From an uncultured Gemmatimonadales bacterium (GTDB taxonomy: Bacteria; Gemmatimonadota; Gemmatimonadetes; Gemmatimonadales; GWC2-71-9), in contig CAWCFX010000004.1 in the NCBI GenBank assembly GCA_963795085.1, forward strand, positions 416,001 to 480,000: a DNA stretch of 64,000 nucleotides, read 5' to 3'. The position numbers and the translations under genes are program-made. The notes under the pieces were generated by a model. That model saw only the letters and a program-made list of their open reading frames with translations, did not search any database and was not told where the DNA came from. Below are positions 19,039 through 28,468 of this stretch, piece after piece; within the stretch, counting starts at the first letter, position 1, and every line of letters starts with the position of its first letter.

Positions 19039-19506
19039 CTACTGTCCCCGGGTGCCGCGGGCCCGAAGCTGGACCACCGAATCGGCAGCCGTCGTCGCGT
19101 AGTGCGCTACGACGTTACTGATCATCCGGTCGCCGCGAAGCCGGGACACCAGGGAGACGCTGACCGGTACGCCGGGGCGCAGCGCGCTCGTGTAGGGCCC
19201 CGCTTCGGCGACGATGCTGTCTCCCGCCACGTGGAGAATGCGCATCGGGACCGGATCGGTCCGGTCGGGGAAGATGATCGACCAGCCGGTGGTATCCGCC
19301 GTAGCGATCAGCTGATAGGTCAGCAGCGTGGTGTCCTGACCGGCCGGGCCCAGCTGCATGGTCCAGGTGCCCGCCACGTCGGTCAGAGTAATGGGGGCGG
19401 GGGCAGCGGGTGCCATACTGGTCGAGTCCGCGGCCGGCTTGGCCTCCTCCTTGGAACAGGCGGCCACCAGGGCCACCACCATCAGCAACTGGATCGAACG
19501 TCTCAT
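19039..19506 (-). CDS. Hypothetical lipoprotein (beta-rich, lipocalin-like)
   Basis: GAGGAG RBS; lipobox LVAAC; VAGTW motif. Confidence 0.8.
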   Translation of the reverse strand: MRRSIQLLMVVALVAACSKEEAKPAADSTSMAPAAPAPITLTDVAGTWTMQLGPAGQDTTLLTYQLIATADTTGWSIIFPDRTDPVPMRILHVAGDSIVAEAGPYTSALRPGVPVSVSLVSRLRGDRMISNVVAHYATTAADSVVQLRARGTRGQ

Positions 19507-19569
19507 CGGGAACTCCTCGGGGTTGGGGGGACTGGGAGGGATGATACCGGTCCCGCGGGTTTCCGCAAG

Positions 19570-19977
19570 TCAGGGGCGCAGCGAGTCGGAGACCGGTGGC
19601 TGCGGCACATACCCGGCCTCGAAACGGAACCTGAACGAGGACTGGTCCTCCAGCCGCCTCGGCACGATGGTAACCAGCCGGATAGTCTTCCCTGGCGGCA
19701 CCACGGGGCCCGGCCGGTGAACCTTGCAGGTCCGGCTCGAGATGTTGGCGCATTCGAAGACTTCGTACGACAAGACCTGGATCTCCCGTGTCGAGTTGTT
19801 CCGGAGCATAACGCTCTGCTCACTCACCCCGTGGGTGGTCTCCACCCAGTACGTCAGGGCGGCTATCGCGGCCGCCCTGGCCTGGACCGCGCTGTCCGGC
19901 CGGGTATAGACCTGGGCCAACCCGGGCGATATGCAGAGTACAGGGGTGATACTGAGCGCGACGAGCGCGGTGCGCAT
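19570..19977 (-). CDS. Hypothetical exported protein
   Basis: Signal peptide MRTALVALSITPVLCISPGLAQ; Cys pair CANISSRTC. Confidence 0.65.
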   Translation of the reverse strand: MRTALVALSITPVLCISPGLAQVYTRPDSAVQARAAAIAALTYWVETTHGVSEQSVMLRNNSTREIQVLSYEVFECANISSRTCKVHRPGPVVPPGKTIRLVTIVPRRLEDQSSFRFRFEAGYVPQPPVSDSLRP

Positions 19978-19981
19978 GACG

Positions 19982-21898
19982 TCAGGCCTCCCGCGTCCTG
20001 GCTTGCCGGTGATACAGGTAGGCAATGCCGAGCGACACGACGCCGAGAATGAGCACGGAGCCGACCCGGTACAGCGCGTCCAGCGTGGAGAGATCGAACA
20101 CCACCACCTTCAGGACCGCCATGCCCGCCACCGCCAGGCCGGCGATCCGCACCGTTTTTCTATTCCGTCCGAATCCGAACAGCACCAGCCCCGCCGCGAA
20201 CGCAATCCACCACGCGCTCACCCCCAGGCCGCTGGCCAGTGCGGCGGTGGGCTGGGGCAGCGTACTCTGCTGAAAGTATCGGTGCAGTTCCCCGGTAACG
20301 CCGAAGAGAAGCGCCAGTCCGGACGCCGCCCAGCAGAAAGCCGAGACGCCGGTGACCACGTCCGGTCCGGGTTCCGGTTCCCGGCGCCAGAGGCCGGCGC
20401 CGTATGCCGCCAGGGCTACCGTGGTGGCCCACAGGGCCAGGGCCCAGTCATCCCGGAACGCGGGCGAGGCGCCCGTGCGGGCCGGCAGATCCAGGTGGAG
20501 CAGGTGAACGACGGCGGTCACCAGGGCGAGCAGCCCGTACCAGCGTCCATCGGTCCGGCGCAAGGGATGATCGAGGGCGGCCCAGAGGACCGCCGCCGCC
20601 AGCGCCGCCCAGGTTGCCGCGAGCCCCTCCCACTGAAGGAGGATTCCGGCCAGGACCGCGGTGGTGCCGACCAGTGCGAACCGAACCCGGACCGCCTGGT
20701 AGCCCGCGAGCAGGTAGGGGATGGCCACCATCATCGCCACCAGTCCCCCGTTCCGGTCGAACGCCGCGGGCGCCACCTGGTAGGTTGCCCAGGCGAGGAG
20801 AACCGGCGTCAGGTAGAAATAGAAAGTCTCTCCCGATGACTGATCGCCCGGCGTAGTACTCTCCGCGGAAGGCCAGATCCGAACGGAATGGAACCCTCGC
20901 CACCACACCGGCGCCGCCAGGACGATGGCGCCCGCCAGCGTCAACCCGGGGTTCTCCATGCTCTGGTTGGCGAGAGCCAGCAGGCTCCACCCGCCCGAGA
21001 AGGCCAGGATCCGGGTTTCCCACCACCCTTCCCGGAGCCCGACATAGAGACCGGCGCTCCCGCCGAACAAGGCATAGGCGAGCATCAGGTGGGGATCGGC
21101 GGACTCGGCGGCGCGGGGCAGGACCTGGCCGAAATAGCTGGCGGCCACCACCACCATGGTCATCCGCCACTGGCGGCGGGCGGAAACCCAGCCCATGGCG
21201 ATTCCCATGAACCCGAGGTAGAGCAGCAGGGTATTGACGTCGGCCGCCGATTGGCCGAGAAGAGCGGGGGCGAAAAACGCACCGAGTGCCGCCGTGGCGC
21301 CCAGGGCCTCGACATTGATCAGGTAAGCGATGGCGGCCAGGGAGAGGGACACCAGCGCGAGGCCCACGATCGCGGTGGCGGGCGGCAGGAACCCGTAGAG
21401 CCGGGCGGCGGCCCATACGGCCAGGTAAATGATTGCGGCGCCGCAGCCGATCAGCGCGGCGCCATAGGTGAAGAGTCCCTTCCGGTGGAGCCGGTGGCCG
21501 AGCGCGCCGACCCCGAGACCGGCCAGAGCGCCACCGGCGCAGCGGGTCGCCGGAGAGATCCAGTCGCGATCGAAGGAAAGTTTGAGCAGGTAGCCCGCGG
21601 CGAGAATCACGAAGACGACCCCGACCGCGAGCAGCCCCCGCTGGCCGAACCACTGCTCACCGTCAACCGGTGGGCGAGCGGCGGGAGTGGGCACCTGAGC
21701 GGCTAGCGCTCGGTAATCAGCCTGTCCCGGGGCCGCCGGGGGCGGAGTTGCCGCCGTCGGGGTCCCCGGTCCCCCTGATCTCCCTGTCCCCTGCGAAGGC
21801 TTGCTTCGCAGGGGACCCTGGGCCACCAGTTGGCGCACCAGGCCTTCCAGGACGCTGAGACGCTGTTCCAGCTTCTCCAGCCGTTCGTCGCTGGTCAT
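19982..21898 (-). CDS. DUF2339-like polytopic membrane protein
   Basis: N-terminal coiled coil RLEKLEQRL, EQWFG..LLAVG, many TM helices, C-terminal LKVVVFDLSTLDALYRVGS. Confidence 0.85.
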   Translation of the reverse strand: MTSDERLEKLEQRLSVLEGLVRQLVAQGPLRSKPSQGTGRSGGPGTPTAATPPPAAPGQADYRALAAQVPTPAARPPVDGEQWFGQRGLLAVGVVFVILAAGYLLKLSFDRDWISPATRCAGGALAGLGVGALGHRLHRKGLFTYGAALIGCGAAIIYLAVWAAARLYGFLPPATAIVGLALVSLSLAAIAYLINVEALGATAALGAFFAPALLGQSAADVNTLLLYLGFMGIAMGWVSARRQWRMTMVVVAASYFGQVLPRAAESADPHLMLAYALFGGSAGLYVGLREGWWETRILAFSGGWSLLALANQSMENPGLTLAGAIVLAAPVWWRGFHSVRIWPSAESTTPGDQSSGETFYFYLTPVLLAWATYQVAPAAFDRNGGLVAMMVAIPYLLAGYQAVRVRFALVGTTAVLAGILLQWEGLAATWAALAAAVLWAALDHPLRRTDGRWYGLLALVTAVVHLLHLDLPARTGASPAFRDDWALALWATTVALAAYGAGLWRREPEPGPDVVTGVSAFCWAASGLALLFGVTGELHRYFQQSTLPQPTAALASGLGVSAWWIAFAAGLVLFGFGRNRKTVRIAGLAVAGMAVLKVVVFDLSTLDALYRVGSVLILGVVSLGIAYLYHRQARTREA

Positions 21899-22031
21899 GG
21901 GCTGCCCGGGTTAACCCCGCCGGTGAGCAGGGGTCGAAGATGAGGGCGTGCAGGGGAGTCGGTCCAATATCGTGGAAATGCATCCCCGGGGAAAGCGCCA
22001 GAGGCCGCGCCGTCCGGTTCGCACGACCGGC

Positions 22032-22060
22032 TTGACACCATGTCCGGCGGTTCCTATGGT
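22032..22060 (+). promoter_or_regulatory. Sigma70-type promoter
   Basis: TTGACA (22032-37) - 17 nt - TATGGT (22055-60). Confidence 0.65.
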
Positions 22061-22066
22061 TGACGT

Positions 22067-22258
22067 CGGGCTGAAGACATTTCACGGAGACCTGAATCAT
22101 GCTGCTGCCGGTGCACCGCTCGCTTCGTTCGACTTTGCCGGGAGAGAACCTGAGTGCCCAGGCCGGCAATTGCCTGAACGAGGAGCCCTGAACCGTCAGT
22201 CCGCTGGTGGCATTCGCGATCCCTGCGCCCCGTCGGAGTTGACTCCGGCGGGGTTTTC
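22067..22258 (+). ncRNA. Candidate ~190-nt structured transcript (sRNA or regulatory leader)
   Basis: Bounded by the promoter and an intrinsic terminator; long imperfect rod 22099-22213; also contains a 30-codon ORF. Confidence 0.45.
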
Positions 22259-22260
22259 TG
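22228..22260 (+). terminator. Intrinsic terminator
   Basis: CCCCGTCGGAG-TTGA-CTCCGGCGGGG followed by TTTTCTG. Confidence 0.8.
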
Positions 22261-22372
22261 TTGTACGGTTGACCTGCTCGAGACTGGGGGAGGGGTGAGC
22301 ACCGGCGACCGGCGATAGGCGGTCAGCGATCGGCGTTCTACCACGAGGCATCTCTACACGAGGCATCTCCAT

Positions 22373-23176
22373 ATGAAGCAGTACCTGCTGGCGAGCGATT
22401 TTGACCAAACGTTGAGTTTCAACGACTCGGGGATCGTACTAAGCGAGCTGCTGGGAATTACGGGATTCGAAGAAAAGACCCGGGGCCTCGCCGAGGTCCA
22501 CCTGGTTCAGCAGGGCGCCGAACTGGCATACCTGCTCCTGCACGACCCTGAGTATCGCCGGGTACGGCGGGAGGACCTGCTGGCGGTTGGCAAGCGGATC
22601 CGGCTCAAGCTGAACCTGCGCCTGCTGTCCCGCCTGCTGGAACGGGTGGACGGATACCGGTTCGCATTCTACGTCATCTCGGCCGCGCCCGAAGAGGTCA
22701 TTCAGTCCGCACTGGAGGGGATTATTCCTCCCGACCGGATTCACGGGACCCGCTTTCGATACAGCCCCGCCACCGGGGAGATCGAATCGATTGCCAGGGT
22801 CGCTGCGGGGTACGGGAAGGTGGCGGTGGTGGACGAATTGCGAACGCAGCTGGGCGTGGGCCCCGACCGCCTGATCTACGTGGGAGACGGCAGTTCCGAC
22901 GTGCACGTCATGCTCCACGTCAACCGTCTGGGAGGGCTCACCGTGGCGGTGTCCGAGAACGACTACCTCGCGCCCATCGCCCGCCGGACTATCCTGAGCG
23001 ACGATGCGCTGAGCGTGATGGTCCCCATCCTGGAGGAGGTCGTCGGCCTCGATGCGCGGGGCATTCGCGACCTGTACGAATCCCACGGCTTCGTGTTGCA
23101 GGAATGGAACAAAGTACGGCGGGATTCGCTCACCATCCGGGAGACCGGGGCGCTGCCCCGGATGATTGCGGGATGA
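22373..23176 (+). CDS. HAD-superfamily hydrolase (phosphoserine/MtnX-like phosphatase)
   Basis: Motif I DFDQT, motif II ISAA, motif III K (GYGK), motif [10 protein letters not shown]. Confidence 0.85.
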   Translation: MKQYLLASDFDQTLSFNDSGIVLSELLGITGFEEKTRGLAEVHLVQQGAELAYLLLHDPEYRRVRREDLLAVGKRIRLKLNLRLLSRLLERVDGYRFAFYVISAAPEEVIQSALEGIIPPDRIHGTRFRYSPATGEIESIARVAAGYGKVAVVDELRTQLGVGPDRLIYVGDGSSDVHVMLHVNRLGGLTVAVSENDYLAPIARRTILSDDALSVMVPILEEVVGLDARGIRDLYESHGFVLQEWNKVRRDSLTIRETGALPRMIAG

Positions 23177-23409
23177 CCGACGCGGTCGGCTGGGCGGCCA
23201 GCGCCGCGTTCCTCTCGTCCTACTTCTTCCGCAGCCCGGCGGCGCTGCGCCGGGTGCAGGCCGGGGCCGCGCTGCTCTGGGCGACCTACGGCATCCTGCT
23301 CGGCGCCAAGCCGATCATCGTGACCAACCTGCTGGTGGCCGGGGTGGCGCTGTGGTCGTCGTTCCGGAAGGGCGGTGGGGAAGAAGGGCCGGCGGGCGAG
23401 GCCGCCTGA
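23173..23409 (+). CDS. Small inner-membrane protein (YgjV-like)
   Basis: ATGA overlap with the HAD gene; GWAASAAF...[17 protein letters not shown]...IIVTNLL pattern. Confidence 0.7.
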   Translation: MTDAVGWAASAAFLSSYFFRSPAALRRVQAGAALLWATYGILLGAKPIIVTNLLVAGVALWSSFRKGGGEEGPAGEAA

Positions 23410-23433
23410 GACCAGTACCGCGCGGTTTGCCGC

Positions 23434-25365
23434 TCACATCAGCGCATCGCGCACCTCGGCCGCACTGGCGATCGCGATATCCACGTCCTTGGAGAGGGCC
23501 CGGGCCTGCTGGGTCGCGTGGGTGAGGTCGCCGAGGGCGCTGCCGGAATCCGAGGAGCGGAGCCGAAGCAGGTCGAACCGGACGTTCTGCATCGCCAGGA
23601 GGCAGCTGTCCATGTGCTTCGCCACCTGGCTCCGGCGGTCCTGCAGCTCCACGATCTTGCGCTTCTTGCTTTCCAGGAGCGACAGGCGCCGGGTTTTCTC
23701 CTCGTCTTCCGGTTCCCGCTCGATCGCGGAGATCCGCTCGTCAATGCCCACCAGCTCCCGGGTATCCAGGTTGGTGTCCATGGCGTGAAGGGTGCGGGCC
23801 AGGTCGGCGGCGCGGTTGTAGAGTCCGTCCACCGTGTGGATCACGTCGTCCGGCAGCATCGCCCGCTCGGCCGGCGAGAGCCGCTCGACCAGCTTGAGGA
23901 TCGCCGCGCGGTCGGTGTAGGCCTGCTGGATCGCGGGGTACTGCATGCCGAACTCGCCGGCCCGGGGCGCCGACAGCGTGCGCTGCTGCGCCTTGCTCCC
24001 CCGCCCCAGCGCCCGGTCCATGGAGTCGTGGGCTACCGGGCGGTTGAACACATCCCGCCAGCTGTACCCTAGCTGCCAGAGCTTGGCGTAGTCCTTGAGG
24101 AGCCCGATTCCCATGCCGCCGGCCACGAAGAGGAACCAGGGCGCATCGAGGCCGGTGGCGATATTGATCATGAAGCAGCCGCCGGAGGTCGCGGCCCAGG
24201 TGGCGAACCGGTGGCGTACCTTCTGGACAATCTCCGGCTCCCCGGTGTCGGGGATCTGGTTTTCTTCTTCGTCCTTTTTCTTGCGGGGCTGCCGGCCGCG
24301 GTCGCGCCGAGCCGGGTAGCCGGGCCGGCCCCATTCTTCGTCCATCCGGTCGCGGGCCCGCTCCAGCGGGGCGTGCGACCGGGCTGGGGGGCGGGGGGAG
24401 GTCGGCCGGCGGGCGCCGGTGCCGGGCCGCTCGCTGCCGGTGGACCGGCGCGGCGGTAGGGCCGTGCCGGGGCGCCGGGTCTGGCTGGTGGGCCGGTAGC
24501 CGGTGACGGTACGGTTCTCCAGCGAACGCCGCAGGGCATCCGCCGTGGGCCAGCGATTCTCCGGGTCTTTCTCGAGGCAGCGGGCGATGGCCAGGGCGAG
24601 GTCTTCCGGAATGTCGTCCCGCTTGGCCGAGACCATCGGCGCCGGCTCGGTGATCTGCTTCATCAGGATGCCGGCCACCGTGGGGGCCGTGAAGGGCAGC
24701 TCGCCGGTCGCCATCTGGTAGGCGACCACCCCGAGGCTGTAGATATCGGAGCGCCCGTCGATCTCTTTCTCTCCGGCGGCCTGTTCCGGGCTCATGAACG
24801 AGGGGGTGCCGATGGCGACGCCGGCGCTGGTCAGGGTGCCGCCGCCCACCGATGACAGCGCCTTGGCGATCCCGAAATCGGTCACCATTACCCGGCCACG
24901 GGTGCCTTCGAGCAGGATGTTGTCCGGCTTGATGTCCCTGTGGATGATGGCCAGGCCATGCGCGGCGGAGAGGGCATCGGCCGTCTCCTTCATGATGCGG
25001 CGCACTTCCTCCGGCGGCAGGTTGCCCCGCCGCTGGATCCGGCTGGAAAGCGACTCGCCATCCACGTAGCCCATGATGAAATAGACGAGGGAGCTGCCTT
25101 CGCCGACCGTGTAGATGGGCACCACATGAGGATGGGAGAGCCGGGCTGCGGTCTGGGCCTCCCGGCTGAAACGCTCCCGGATGTCGGCCTGGTAGGCCAG
25201 CTCGGGGGGGAGGACCTTGATGGCGACCCGGCGTTTGAGCTTCTCGTCCCGGGCCCGGTAGACTACGCCCATACCCCCACGCCCGATCTCTCCCTCAATG
25301 GTATAGGCGGAACCAAGCGCCTCATTGAGACGGACGGGAAGCGGTTTTTGAGTGGGGTCGGTCAT
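23434..25365 (-). CDS. Ser/Thr protein kinase with hairpin 2-TM segment and C-terminal coiled-coil domain
   Basis: GRGGMG, VAIK, HRDIKPDN, DFG, GTPSFMSPEQ, SDIYSLG; hydrophobic hairpin near INIATGLDAPWFLF; helical C-terminus. Confidence 0.92.
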   Translation of the reverse strand: MTDPTQKPLPVRLNEALGSAYTIEGEIGRGGMGVVYRARDEKLKRRVAIKVLPPELAYQADIRERFSREAQTAARLSHPHVVPIYTVGEGSSLVYFIMGYVDGESLSSRIQRRGNLPPEEVRRIMKETADALSAAHGLAIIHRDIKPDNILLEGTRGRVMVTDFGIAKALSSVGGGTLTSAGVAIGTPSFMSPEQAAGEKEIDGRSDIYSLGVVAYQMATGELPFTAPTVAGILMKQITEPAPMVSAKRDDIPEDLALAIARCLEKDPENRWPTADALRRSLENRTVTGYRPTSQTRRPGTALPPRRSTGSERPGTGARRPTSPRPPARSHAPLERARDRMDEEWGRPGYPARRDRGRQPRKKKDEEENQIPDTGEPEIVQKVRHRFATWAATSGGCFMINIATGLDAPWFLFVAGGMGIGLLKDYAKLWQLGYSWRDVFNRPVAHDSMDRALGRGSKAQQRTLSAPRAGEFGMQYPAIQQAYTDRAAILKLVERLSPAERAMLPDDVIHTVDGLYNRAADLARTLHAMDTNLDTRELVGIDERISAIEREPEDEEKTRRLSLLESKKRKIVELQDRRSQVAKHMDSCLLAMQNVRFDLLRLRSSDSGSALGDLTHATQQARALSKDVDIAIASAAEVRDALM

Positions 25366-25426
25366 TCGGGTATCCGCATCACAAGCATAGATTTAGCATG
25401 AAGATGGCTCACTGGCAACTGGAAAA

Positions 25427-25547
25427 GGGGGCCAGGGGGTCAGAGGGCTAGGGGGCAAGGTGGCAAGGAGGACAGGAGGAGCCAGTTCAACTCATCGGCG
25501 GGCCTCGCTTCCCTTGCCCTCTTGCCCCCCTTGCTTCTGACCCCCTT
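25427..25547. repeat. G-rich ~8-nt repeats forming a long imperfect inverted repeat
   Basis: AGGGGGTCAGAGGGCTAGGGGGCAAGGTGGCAAGG ... CCTTGCCCTCTTGCCCCCCTTGCTTCTGACCCCCT. Confidence 0.75.
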
Positions 25548-25691
25548 CTTCCCCGCCTCTTTGGCAGCCCCCGCTACAGCGGGCCCTGCGTCACATCCTG
25601 TTCCGGAGGCCCGGGCCACTTTGTTTCGTAACCAATAAGCCCTTGCCGGCGTTATCTATAGAGTGTTCCGAGTCTCCGGTGGCAGTCGACG

Positions 25692-25707
25692 TGGCACATG
25701 AGGTGCA
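25692..25707 (+). promoter_or_regulatory. Putative sigma54 (-24/-12) promoter of lon
   Basis: TGGCAC-ATGAG-GTGCA: GG-N10-GC spacing, 64 nt upstream of the lon ATG. Confidence 0.5.
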
Positions 25708-25771
25708 AAGGAGTAGCGCCTTAGAGATCCTGACTGCCAGAATCATCTATTTGAGGAAGTGATACCACGCA

Positions 25772-28321
25772 ATGAGCGAACGAATGACCCTTCCGGTGCT
25801 CCCGCTGCGCGAGGTGGTGCTGTTTCCCGGCGTCACCGCGCCGATCGGCGCCGGCCGGCCCGCGACGCTCCGCGCGATCGAGGCCGCCCTGGCGAGCCCG
25901 GACAAGCTGATATTCGCTGTTTCCCAGCGGCAAAACGTGGAGGTCGTGAATCCCGAGGTGCTCTATACCATCGGGACCGTGGCGCGGATTGGCCAGATGC
26001 AGCGCGGCCTGGCCGGCATGCAGCTCCTGATCCACGGCGAGAAGCGCGGCATCGCCATGCACTACAGCGACAAGGACGGCTACCTCCAGACCATCGTGCG
26101 GGAAGCCGAAGAGATGCCGCCGCTCAACCTGGAAGATCCTGCCTTCGTGGCCCTCTATCGCGAGGCCCGCAGCCGGGCCGGCGAGCTGGGCCAGAAATCC
26201 GGTCTCCCCGAAGAGGTGGTGCAGCAGGTCCTGGCCGGGGTCAACGAGCCCGGCAAGTTCGCCGACCTGATCGCCGGGTACATCGACATCACCCCCGCCC
26301 AGCGGCAGATGCTGCTGGAGACCCTCTCGGTCGAAGAGCGGCTCCGCCGGGTGCTGGTGCATGTGCAGCGGCAGATCAGCGTGCTGGACGCCCAGGAAGA
26401 CATCAAGTCGCAGGTCCAGGAAGAGCTGGGCGAGCGGCAGCGGGAGATGTTCCTCCGGGAGCAGCTCAAGACCATCCGGCGGGAACTGGGCGAGGACGAC
26501 GATCGCGACGACCTCGAGGAGCTCCGGACCAAGCTGAACGACCTGGAACTGCCGGAAGCGGCCCGGAAGGAAGTGGACCGCGAGATGGGCCGGCTCTCCC
26601 GGATCGGCCGCGAGTCCATGGAGTCGCAGGTCATCCGCACCTTCCTCGAGAACATCGCGGAACTGCCCTGGAGCACCCGGAGCGATGAGCACCTGTCGAT
26701 CCCCGAGGCCTCCCGCATCCTGGATGAGGATCACTACGCTCTCGGTGACGTGAAAGACCGGGTGCTGGAGTTCCTCTCGGTGCGCCAGCTGCGGATGCAG
26801 CAGCAGAAGGACGAAGACGAGAAGGCGGCCGCCGAGGAGGCGAAGGCGGAGCAGAAGGAGGCTGAAATTGCCGCCGGCGAATCGACCGACACGCCGATCG
26901 CCACGGCCACGGTGCCGGCGCCCAACAAGCCGATCCCCGGTAATGAAGATGACAAGGCGGCCCGGGGCCCTATCCTGCTCTTCGTCGGTCCCCCCGGTGT
27001 CGGCAAGACTTCGGTGGCCAAGTCCATCGCCCGCGCCATGGGCCGGAAGTACGTCCGCATCTCGCTGGGCGGTGCCCGCGACGAGGCCGATATCCGCGGC
27101 CACCGGCGTACCTACGTCGGCGCCATGCCCGGGCGGATCATCGCCGGCATGAAGCAGGCCGGCACCAAGAATCCCGTCTTCCTGCTGGACGAGGTGGACA
27201 AGCTGGGCGTCTCCTTCCAGGGCGATCCGGCCAGCGCGCTGCTCGAGGTACTGGACCCGGCCCAGAACGACTCGTTCACCGACCACTACCTCGGCGTCCC
27301 GTTCGACCTGAGTGAAGTGCTCTTCATCTGCACCGCGAATTTCATCCAGAACATTCCGGGTCCGCTGCTGGACCGGATGGAAAACGTGGAGTTCGCCGGC
27401 TATACCGAACGGGAGAAGCTGCACATCGCCCGGAACTACCTGGTCCCCCGCCAGTTCGCCGAGAACGGGGTCACCGCCGAGAACCTGGTGTTGACCGATG
27501 GGGCGATCAGCGAAGTGATCACGCGGTACACCCGCGAGGCTGGCGTCCGCCAGCTGGAGCGGGAACTGGGCAAGCTGGCCCGGAAGGTCGCCCGCAAGAT
27601 CGCCGCGAAGGAGCTGGAACGCATCGAGGTTGACCGGGAGCAGGTGGACGATCTCCTGGGCCGGCCCCGGGTCCATCCCGAGGTCGCCTCCCGCGAGGAC
27701 CAGGTGGGCGTCTCCACCGGGATGTACTACACCCCCACGGGCGGCGACATCATGTTCGTCGAGGCCAGCACCATGCGCGGCAAGGGTGAACTGGTGCTGA
27801 CTGGCCAGCTGGGCGAAGTCATGAAGGAATCCGCCCGGGCGGCGTGGACCTACGCGCGCTCCCACGCGGCTGGCCTGCACATCAAGGACGAGATGTTCGA
27901 CCGGGACGTGCATATCCACGTGCCCGCCGGCGCGATCCCCAAGGAGGGCCCGTCCGCCGGCGTCGCGATGGCCTCGGCCCTGGTATCCGCGTTGTCGGGC
28001 CGGCCGGTGCGCCATGATATCGCCATGACCGGCGAGATCACATTGCGCGGACGGGTGCTGCCCATCGGGGGAGTGAAGGAGAAAGTCCTGGGAGCGGTAC
28101 GCGCCGGGATCCACCGGGTGCTGATCCCGAAGGACAACGAGGCCGACCTGGAAGACCTCCCCCAGGAGGTCCTCGACAAGCTCGAGGTGCACCTGGTGCA
28201 GGAACTGGGCGAGGTGCTGGCCGTGACGCTCCGGGGCGCCTCGTTCAAGGAGGGCAAACTGCTCTTCGGCGACGAAAACCCGCGGGACGTGGCTCCCCTG
28301 TCCGTTGGGTTTCATCACTAG
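25772..28321 (+). CDS. lon: ATP-dependent protease La (LonA)
   Basis: LPLREVVLFPG N-domain, DHYALGDVKDRVLE, Walker A GPPGVGKT, Walker B LLDEVDK, PKEGPSAG (Ser), IGGVKEK (Lys). Confidence 0.97.
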   Translation: MSERMTLPVLPLREVVLFPGVTAPIGAGRPATLRAIEAALASPDKLIFAVSQRQNVEVVNPEVLYTIGTVARIGQMQRGLAGMQLLIHGEKRGIAMHYSDKDGYLQTIVREAEEMPPLNLEDPAFVALYREARSRAGELGQKSGLPEEVVQQVLAGVNEPGKFADLIAGYIDITPAQRQMLLETLSVEERLRRVLVHVQRQISVLDAQEDIKSQVQEELGERQREMFLREQLKTIRRELGEDDDRDDLEELRTKLNDLELPEAARKEVDREMGRLSRIGRESMESQVIRTFLENIAELPWSTRSDEHLSIPEASRILDEDHYALGDVKDRVLEFLSVRQLRMQQQKDEDEKAAAEEAKAEQKEAEIAAGESTDTPIATATVPAPNKPIPGNEDDKAARGPILLFVGPPGVGKTSVAKSIARAMGRKYVRISLGGARDEADIRGHRRTYVGAMPGRIIAGMKQAGTKNPVFLLDEVDKLGVSFQGDPASALLEVLDPAQNDSFTDHYLGVPFDLSEVLFICTANFIQNIPGPLLDRMENVEFAGYTEREKLHIARNYLVPRQFAENGVTAENLVLTDGAISEVITRYTREAGVRQLERELGKLARKVARKIAAKELERIEVDREQVDDLLGRPRVHPEVASREDQVGVSTGMYYTPTGGDIMFVEASTMRGKGELVLTGQLGEVMKESARAAWTYARSHAAGLHIKDEMFDRDVHIHVPAGAIPKEGPSAGVAMASALVSALSGRPVRHDIAMTGEITLRGRVLPIGGVKEKVLGAVRAGIHRVLIPKDNEADLEDLPQEVLDKLEVHLVQELGEVLAVTLRGASFKEGKLLFGDENPRDVAPLSVGFHH

Positions 28322-28468
28322 AACAGGACGGTAAGGCCGGGCGGTAGAACAGGGCGGTAGAACAGGGCGGTAGAACAGGGCGGTAGAACAGGGCGGTAAG
28401 AAGAGGGCGGTAAAGCCGCCCTTTTCTTACCGCCCCTTCTCTACCAGCCCTGTTTTCTTACCGCTCCC
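28319..28468. repeat. 13-bp tandem repeat with inverted partner copies; 20-bp hairpin, probable lon terminator
   Basis: TAGAACAGGGCGG x4 perfect (28345-28396) plus degenerate copies; GGGCGGTAAGAAGAGGGCGG-TAAAG-CCGCCCTTTTCTTACCGCCC. Confidence 0.9.

Noticed and set aside
22067..22258. Firm call as 6S RNA, SRP RNA or a known riboswitch (SAM, SAH, TPP, glycine, ZTP)
   Set aside because: No large central bubble, no SRP GGAA-loop motif and no complete aptamer consensus; kept only as an unassigned candidate
28345..28396. CRISPR array
   Set aside because: 13-bp units are directly adjacent with no spacers, and no cas genes are present
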